DNA of 64,000 nucleotides from an uncultured bacterium (GTDB lineage Bacteria; Bacteroidota; Bacteroidia; Bacteroidales; UBA932): NCBI GenBank assembly GCA_963657715.1, contig CAVKML010000013.1, positions 2,572 to 66,571 of the forward strand, read 5' to 3'. Shown piece by piece: positions 58,027 to 64,000 of this stretch (position 1 is its first letter; each line of letters starts with the position of its first letter). The notes under the pieces were generated by a model. It saw only the letters and a program-made list of their open reading frames with translations, ran no database searches and was not told where the DNA came from. The position numbers and the translations under genes were made by a program.

Positions 58027-60369
58027 ATGAAAGCAAATAGATTTTTGAGTTTCATTCTGTCCATCGCGGCGCTTTCGTTCGTGACGACAGCATGTGAGGA
58101 CAAGAAAGAGGACCTTGGAGCACCATCTGTGGAGCTTGACAAGTCCGATATCTCATTTGAGCAGGCCGGCGGTGACGTGACTGTGCAGCTTACAGCTACC
58201 AGGGACTGGAAAGCCACGACCGAGCAGGACTGGATCTCCATTGATCCAAGGGAGGGCGAAGCCTCCTCAAAGGCAATTACTGTTGAGATCAAAGTGTTGG
58301 AAAACGCTGGCGTTGATCGTGAAGGATCAGTCAAGTTCGACATTGGATTCGACACCAAAACCTTGACTGTTAAACAGAAAGGTACTGGCTCTGCCGAGGA
58401 GTTGATTGTCTATAAGAACAATTTTGACAAAACGGAAGCCACCAAGACTTTCGGAACCGGGACAAGCTGGCCATTCCTTGACCAGTTTGACGGTTGGAAG
58501 AACGCTACAGGAACCGGTGCGGGAAGTGAGGAATATTCTTTCAAGGCGATGTCCGTAAGGGCAAATTCCACTTCCAGCGGCAACTATTCTGACTATGAAG
58601 GTTCCGGAAGCAATAACTTGTTCTTTGGTTCCTCTGCCTATTTTGCGGTGACTGGAATCAAGCTCCAGTCTGGTGTTGATTACTCTCTGACATTCGGAAC
58701 CGAGAAGTACAATCAGGACAATGGCAGCCTCTTCAAGCACGACGAGTTTCACGTCTATGTCAGCAATGACGGCAAGAAGTGGGTTGAGGTTGAATATTCA
58801 TTCCCTAACGGAGACAAAGAGGGCCGTTGGGATCTTGCCACCTCTAACTTTACCGTACCTTCCGGAACCGCTACCCTTGGCATCTATGTAAAGGCTGACG
58901 CGGCAAGCTCATATCGTCTTGACGACCTTTGCCTTTCTGTGTCCGCGACTGCTGGAACAGTCATCGACTTCTCTAAGGGTGTGGATCTCGGTATCGGTGG
59001 TGGAGACACTTCTGGTTCTGACTACGACAAGGCGGAATCCAAAACAGTTAAGGATTTCATCGCCGCGGCTAACACATCCACTTACTTCAAGCTTAAGGGT
59101 AAAGTTTCAAGGTTCAATTCGCAGTATTGCAGTTTCGACCTCACTGACGAGACCGGTTCAATTTATGTCTATAGCGTTGATGACGAGACCAAGACCGCTT
59201 ATTCAAGCAAGATCAAGGATGGCGGCACAGTGGAGCTCGCCGGTCTGTACAAGTTGTACTCCAAGAATGATGGTACGACTCAAGACGAGGTGGTAAACGC
59301 CCACGTGATTTCATATTCGGATGGTGATGACACCCCTGATGTCCCAGGAACGAAAATGACTTTAGCCCAGATACTTACGGCGGAGGATGGCACCGCTGTC
59401 GAGTCAGAAGAGGTAATCGTTGGCGCAATCACCACAAAAGGCTATGTTGTGACGGACGGAACGTCAAGCGTTTATGTGTTCCAGAACTCCACACCTTCCG
59501 CAAAGGTAGGAGACAAGATCAAATTCACAGGGACAAAAACAACCTATTATGGCCTTCCGGAGATCACCGGTCCAAAAACGACAGTTGTGTCTTCTGGCAA
59601 TGATGTGAAATATCCTGCCGCCAAGGACATTACATCGACATTTGATTCCTATAGTGCGGATGTGGCTGAGTATGTGACATATAAAGCCATCGTTGTAAAG
59701 AATGGCAACTACACCAATTTCAAGGTTGAAGGTGCGTTCAAGCTACAGGGAGCCTTATCAAGCGCTCCATCTTCTGTCTATTCAGGATTCGCTGAGGGCG
59801 ATAAGGTTCAGGTGACAGGTTTCTTCAATACGATCAACACAAGCTCGAATCTATTGAATGTCATCGTCACTGAGGTCAAGGTTTTGGAAAAAGGTGAAGG
59901 TGGCGGAGACAACCCTGGAGGAGGAGAAACACCGGATGAGGGGTCCTTTGCGAGCAATGTGTCTTGGACGTTGGGTGCCAACGCATATGACAACACTTCT
60001 TCAGGCAACTCACAGCAGTCGGCTAAGGTTAACGGTGTTGCTGTTTCGAATATTCTCAAATTAGGTACGTCCTCAAAAGCGGGTACAGCTACATTGACGA
60101 TTCCGGCAAATACAACAAAGGTTTCATTCTATGCAGTAGCTTGGAACGGAAAGACCGCCACTTTGAGTGCCTCTTTGGCGGGAACTGTAGTGGCGACTCA
60201 GAACATTTCCGGCAATGCGGGAGCTACCGGCAATCCTGAGTACACTCTTACCGTGACGGATTCTGATCACTATTCATTCAGTTTGCCGGCCCAGTCTTCT
60301 GAAATCAAAGTTGACATTACCACAACCGAGGCTGTTCGAGTGATTCTGTTCGGTATTAAAGCTGAATAA
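58027..60369 (+). CDS. BACON-domain lipoprotein with OB-fold-like repeats
   Basis: Lipobox TTAC; BACON N-terminus; LKGKV...FDLTDETGSIYVY and VGDKI.F.G....Y.GLPEI resemble OB folds. Confidence 0.7.
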   Translation: MKANRFLSFILSIAALSFVTTACEDKKEDLGAPSVELDKSDISFEQAGGDVTVQLTATRDWKATTEQDWISIDPREGEASSKAITVEIKVLENAGVDREGSVKFDIGFDTKTLTVKQKGTGSAEELIVYKNNFDKTEATKTFGTGTSWPFLDQFDGWKNATGTGAGSEEYSFKAMSVRANSTSSGNYSDYEGSGSNNLFFGSSAYFAVTGIKLQSGVDYSLTFGTEKYNQDNGSLFKHDEFHVYVSNDGKKWVEVEYSFPNGDKEGRWDLATSNFTVPSGTATLGIYVKADAASSYRLDDLCLSVSATAGTVIDFSKGVDLGIGGGDTSGSDYDKAESKTVKDFIAAANTSTYFKLKGKVSRFNSQYCSFDLTDETGSIYVYSVDDETKTAYSSKIKDGGTVELAGLYKLYSKNDGTTQDEVVNAHVISYSDGDDTPDVPGTKMTLAQILTAEDGTAVESEEVIVGAITTKGYVVTDGTSSVYVFQNSTPSAKVGDKIKFTGTKTTYYGLPEITGPKTTVVSSGNDVKYPAAKDITSTFDSYSADVAEYVTYKAIVVKNGNYTNFKVEGAFKLQGALSSAPSSVYSGFAEGDKVQVTGFFNTINTSSNLLNVIVTEVKVLEKGEGGGDNPGGGETPDEGSFASNVSWTLGANAYDNTSSGNSQQSAKVNGVAVSNILKLGTSSKAGTATLTIPANTTKVSFYAVAWNGKTATLSASLAGTVVATQNISGNAGATGNPEYTLTVTDSDHYSFSLPAQSSEIKVDITTTEAVRVILFGIKAE

Positions 60370-60386
60370 TAAATTTATTATCAATA

Positions 60387-60425
60387 AGCAAAGGGATGCC
60401 CGGAGACACGGGCAGCCCTTTTGCT
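60387..60425 (+). terminator. Intercistronic hairpin
   Basis: agcaaaggg.tgcccg/cgggca.ccctt.tgct. Confidence 0.55.
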
Positions 60426-60442
60426 CTCTAAAGAAAGAATAC

Positions 60443-61675
60443 GTGAAGATAGTTTTTGGGAATATTCCTGCGTTGTGCTTAGGCGTGATCGCCTGGACGC
60501 TGTCGGCGTGTGGAGCAGGTAGTGATGGCGATTCTTTGCCTCCAAGCATTGAGGTTAAGACAATTGCGGTGGAAGCGGAGGGACATCAGCAGTTCATGTA
60601 TGTCAAGGCCTCTGGCTCTTGGGCTCTGAACGCTTTGGAAGGCTCTGGAAATGATGCGGACTGGATAGTCATGGATCCGGTGTCGGGAGAAGGCAACAAG
60701 ACAGTGTCTCTTTCTGTCGCCGCCAATGGATCGGATGAGGAGCGTTCGGCGGTCATCACGGTGAAATCCAAGGCTGGCGAGGCTTCGGTCACATTGACGC
60801 AAAAAGGGAAAGCTTCTGTCGATCCTACACCTGATCCGAAACCGAATGGCGGAAACCTTTCCCCGAAGACCGATTGGCTGGAACTTCCTGCTATTTCAGA
60901 AGGGACGGATGCGTTCACACATTCGATGACCATCGGCTCGACAAAGACCAGGAACTATTCCTTCGTCTGGGATTACGACAATCTGGTGGCTCCGTGGGTG
61001 GCTTATCCGCTATGCAAATGGAACATAGGCAGTAATGTCAAGAGAACCAATGCGTGGGGGATTGATCCGCTGCTGCCTGAAAGTAAGCAACCTATGTTGA
61101 GTTTTAGTTATGGCGGAGATAATAAATATAATGAGAAGAATAATCCTTCTGGCTATGTGAGGGGACATCAAATTCCATCGGCAGATAGATTGACATCGTC
61201 TGAGTCAAATTCAATGACATTCTACGGCACGAACATGACTCCTCAGATCCATAGTGGATTTAATGAGGACATCTGGGCTACCCTTGAGGGCAAGGTTCGT
61301 TCCTGGGCCAACAGCTCCGACACCCTCTATGTCGTGACCGGCTGCGTGATAGACTACAAGGACGGCGAGACTGTCAAGTACGCTCTTGACAATTACGGCA
61401 AGAAAGTCACGGTTCCGACGGCCTATTACAAAGTCGTTCTTCGTTATATGAAAAGTTCCACGATAGGATACTCCGGCTATTCTGCCTGCGCCGTCTGGCT
61501 TGACCATAAGGTTTACAGCAGCAGTACCATAAACTCTTCATATTCAATGTCCGTGGACGACCTTGAGAAGAAGACAGGCATTGACTTCTTTGTCAACCTT
61601 CCGGCGAAGGTCGGGGAAGACGTTGCCGCCAAGATCGAGGCCGAGGATCCAGCCAAAGTGTCTTGGTGGTGGTAG
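60443..61675 (+). CDS. DNA/RNA non-specific endonuclease (His-Me finger) lipoprotein with BACON domain
   Basis: Lipobox LSAC; WVAY, RGHQIPSAD, NMTPQ, FN..IW..LE, VP..YYKV, LE..TGIDFF. Confidence 0.93.
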   Translation: MKIVFGNIPALCLGVIAWTLSACGAGSDGDSLPPSIEVKTIAVEAEGHQQFMYVKASGSWALNALEGSGNDADWIVMDPVSGEGNKTVSLSVAANGSDEERSAVITVKSKAGEASVTLTQKGKASVDPTPDPKPNGGNLSPKTDWLELPAISEGTDAFTHSMTIGSTKTRNYSFVWDYDNLVAPWVAYPLCKWNIGSNVKRTNAWGIDPLLPESKQPMLSFSYGGDNKYNEKNNPSGYVRGHQIPSADRLTSSESNSMTFYGTNMTPQIHSGFNEDIWATLEGKVRSWANSSDTLYVVTGCVIDYKDGETVKYALDNYGKKVTVPTAYYKVVLRYMKSSTIGYSGYSACAVWLDHKVYSSSTINSSYSMSVDDLEKKTGIDFFVNLPAKVGEDVAAKIEAEDPAKVSWWW

Positions 61676-61709
61676 AAACCACTTTAAATGAATATAATAC
61701 AAAACTGAT

Positions 61710-62795
61710 ATGCATTTGAGAAAATTACTTTACTCGGCGCTCCTGCTTCTTGTCGTCACCGTCACGGCGTGCGCCAAAGGTGACAAGGGCGCGAGAGGCT
61801 ACGTCATCGGCTTCTACAATGTCGAGAACCTCTTCGACACCTACCACGACGAGGGCAAGAACGACTATGAATATCTCCCCGACGGGGCGAACCGATGGAC
61901 TGACGCGCGTTACAACCGCAAACTCCACAACCTTGCTACCGTGATCAAGGCGATGGCCGAGGAGAATAAGGCATTCCACACGATCCTTGGCGTGAGCGAG
62001 GTCGAGAACCGCCACGTGCTTGAGGATCTGGTCAGCCAGCCGGAGATCGCCGACGCCAACTACCAGATCGTGCATTACGACGGCCCCGACAGACGAGGCG
62101 TAGACGTGGCTCTGCTCTACAGACCGGAGCAGTTCAAACTGATTGAAAGCAAATCCATTCCGTTCGATTTCAACAGCAAGGACATCAAGTTCGACATGGA
62201 TAAGGAATCCCAAAGGCACTTTCGCACCCGTGACATCCTGATGGCCCGCGGCGAGATCAAGGGTGAGATGTTCGCGTTCTTCGTGGCGCACCTTCCTTCA
62301 AGGCTTGGAGGCAAGGGGGGCGACCTCAGAAGCCGCGGTGCGGAGATCATCTACGAGAACTCCGTCAAGCTGATGAATGAATATCCCGGGATAAAGATCG
62401 TGGTGATGGGTGATATGAACGACAATCCGACGGACGAGAGTATGGCCGTTTATATGCACGGTAAGGAGAATGTCACTGAGGTCGGGAAGATGGACTTTTT
62501 CTCTCCGTTCACATCGATGCTGAAAGCCGGCTACGGTTCTCTTGCTTACAGAGGGGAGTGGAATATTTACGACATCATACTCGCCAATGAGTCGCTTGTG
62601 AACGCTCCGAAAGGATCTCTGCGCATCGTCCCGATTGTCAAAGGGAAATATTACGGGCGTGTTTTCAGCCAACCGTTCATGGTCCAGCAGACCGGACAGT
62701 ACAAAGGAACTCCGTTCCGTACATATTCATCCGGCTCTTACGTCGGTGGTTACAGCGACCACTATCCGACTTATATTGTCATTAGTAACAAATGA
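61710..62795 (+). CDS. EEP family nuclease lipoprotein
   Basis: FYNVENLFD, SEVEN, D.RGVDVALLY, H.PSR.GG, MGDMND.P, GYSDHYP. Confidence 0.9.
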   Translation: MHLRKLLYSALLLLVVTVTACAKGDKGARGYVIGFYNVENLFDTYHDEGKNDYEYLPDGANRWTDARYNRKLHNLATVIKAMAEENKAFHTILGVSEVENRHVLEDLVSQPEIADANYQIVHYDGPDRRGVDVALLYRPEQFKLIESKSIPFDFNSKDIKFDMDKESQRHFRTRDILMARGEIKGEMFAFFVAHLPSRLGGKGGDLRSRGAEIIYENSVKLMNEYPGIKIVVMGDMNDNPTDESMAVYMHGKENVTEVGKMDFFSPFTSMLKAGYGSLAYRGEWNIYDIILANESLVNAPKGSLRIVPIVKGKYYGRVFSQPFMVQQTGQYKGTPFRTYSSGSYVGGYSDHYPTYIVISNK

Positions 62796-62803
62796 TCATT
62801 TCA

Positions 62804-62861
62804 GTCGCTTCGACAGGCTCAGCGACCACAGAGGCTCGGTCGCTGAGCCTGTCGAAGCGAC
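62804..62861. repeat. REP-like doublet (perfect 24-bp inverted repeat, 10-bp spacer)
   Basis: gtcgcttcgacaggctcagcgacc / ggtcgctgagcctgtcgaagcgac. Confidence 0.9.
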
Positions 62862-62897
62862 CTGCCAGCATAGATAAATAATTAATATTCAATATTT

Positions 62898-64000
62898 ATG
62901 AACAAAAGAATATTCCTTGCCGCCTCGGCTCTGTTTCTGACTCTGACTCTGTCGGCGCAGAACTACACCGGTGGCGTGAAAGGTACGGTCGTCAGCCGAT
63001 TGAGCAAGGCGACCATTGACGGAGCGGACCTGATCCTATATTCAGAAGGAAAGGAAGTCGCCCGTGTGAAAGCCGGACAGGACGGTACATTCCAGATCGG
63101 AAACTTGAAAGACGGAATGTACGACCTTGTTATCGAAAGCTCGGACTACCTCCAGTCCAGAGTGAACGTGACCGTCAACGACGGCTATGTCAAGAATATG
63201 TTCAAACTCTCCCTGACCCCGGTGGCGAAGGTCGCCGAGGTGGATGACGCCAGCTTCTCCGAGTTCGATATGGATGACTCCGGCTATCAGGACAGCCCTA
63301 CCATCCTCTTCGGCCAAAACGACGTGTTCAACAACATGGCCGGTTACAACTTTAGTTCCGTGCGGTTCCGTGTCCGTGGATATTCCAGTGAGTCACAGGA
63401 TGTTTACCTCGCCGGCGTTAGGATGAACGACGCCATCACGGGCTACACCCCGTACTCCCTCTGGAGCGGTCTTAACGAGGCGACTAGAAGCAAGGAGTCC
63501 GTGAACGGAGCCGAGATTTCCGATTTCGGATTCGGTGGCTACAACGGTCTCACGAACATCATGCCGATGGCTTCTTCCATCCGCACTGGCTGGAGGGGTA
63601 GCGTGCTGACCAACAGCGCCTTGTACAGACTCCGGCTGATGCTGACTTATGCCTCCGGACAGCTTGACAACGGCTGGTCCTACGCTTTCAGCGCATCCGC
63701 GAGGCTTGGTGGAAACGACTGGATCAAAGGCGTTTTCTATCGTTCGTTCGGTTACTACGGTGCAGTCGAGAAGAAATTCAATGAGGAGCATAAACTCGGA
63801 CTCACCTTTATGGCCGCCCCTGGCGAGCGTGGAGCTCAGAACGGTTCCACCCAGGAGGTCTATGACTTGATGGGCGACAATATGTACAACTCTAACTGGG
63901 GCTACTACAACGGCAAGGTCCGCAACGCCCGTGTCCGCAGGACCCACGAGCCGATTGCTATCTTGAAATATGATTTCACTCCGGAGTCGCAGAAGTTCGC
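62898..64000 (+). CDS. TonB-dependent receptor (non-SusC type), 3' truncated by window edge
   Basis: Read manually from ATG 62898: MNKRIFLAASALFLTLTLSAQ, carboxypeptidase-regulatory-like domain, FRVRGY..E plug, WSGLN, YNSNWGY. Confidence 0.85.
   Translation, partial: MNKRIFLAASALFLTLTLSAQNYTGGVKGTVVSRLSKATIDGADLILYSEGKEVARVKAGQDGTFQIGNLKDGMYDLVIESSDYLQSRVNVTVNDGYVKNMFKLSLTPVAKVAEVDDASFSEFDMDDSGYQDSPTILFGQNDVFNNMAGYNFSSVRFRVRGYSSESQDVYLAGVRMNDAITGYTPYSLWSGLNEATRSKESVNGAEISDFGFGGYNGLTNIMPMASSIRTGWRGSVLTNSALYRLRLMLTYASGQLDNGWSYAFSASARLGGNDWIKGVFYRSFGYYGAVEKKFNEEHKLGLTFMAAPGERGAQNGSTQEVYDLMGDNMYNSNWGYYNGKVRNARVRRTHEPIAILKYDFTPESQKF

Noticed and set aside
63393..63947. 184-aa minus-strand ORF at the window end
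   Set aside because: Antisense to the TonB receptor, which the ORF track missed because it has no stop within the window

Overview
Bacteroidales chromosomal window, judged from SusC/SusD pairs, TAnnTTTG -7 promoter boxes and the rpsL-rpsG-fusA-rpsJ order. It starts with the end of a SusD/DUF4959/DUF4998 locus and a run of large fimbrillin/BACON surface lipoproteins, one carrying a metallophosphoesterase. Next come an MNT-HEPN pair, aspA, and a divergent PUL (susC/susD, FkbO/Hyg5-like gene, GH31, GH3). Housekeeping genes follow: hemW, a degenerate thiL, an S9 peptidase, the str genes with rpsJ followed by a CAT tRNA, rnr, ROK and manA. An accessory segment spans about 46.9-57.9 kb, and the window ends in a nuclease/TonB-receptor locus that probably uses extracellular DNA. 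The best novelty candidates are four. (1) An AraC-linked operon encodes an Ntn-hydrolase lipoprotein and two tandem paralogous lipoproteins with a leukocidin/alpha-hemolysin-like pore stem, possibly a bicomponent toxin. (2) An unannotated 43-aa Arg-rich ORF lies inside a 5'-3' paired structured RNA, preceded by a short terminated transcript complementary to its leader. (3) REP-like palindromes occur intergenically and in frame inside hemW. (4) A 26-bp direct repeat flanks the second MNT-HepT module. All family assignments come from motif recognition by eye, not from database searches.
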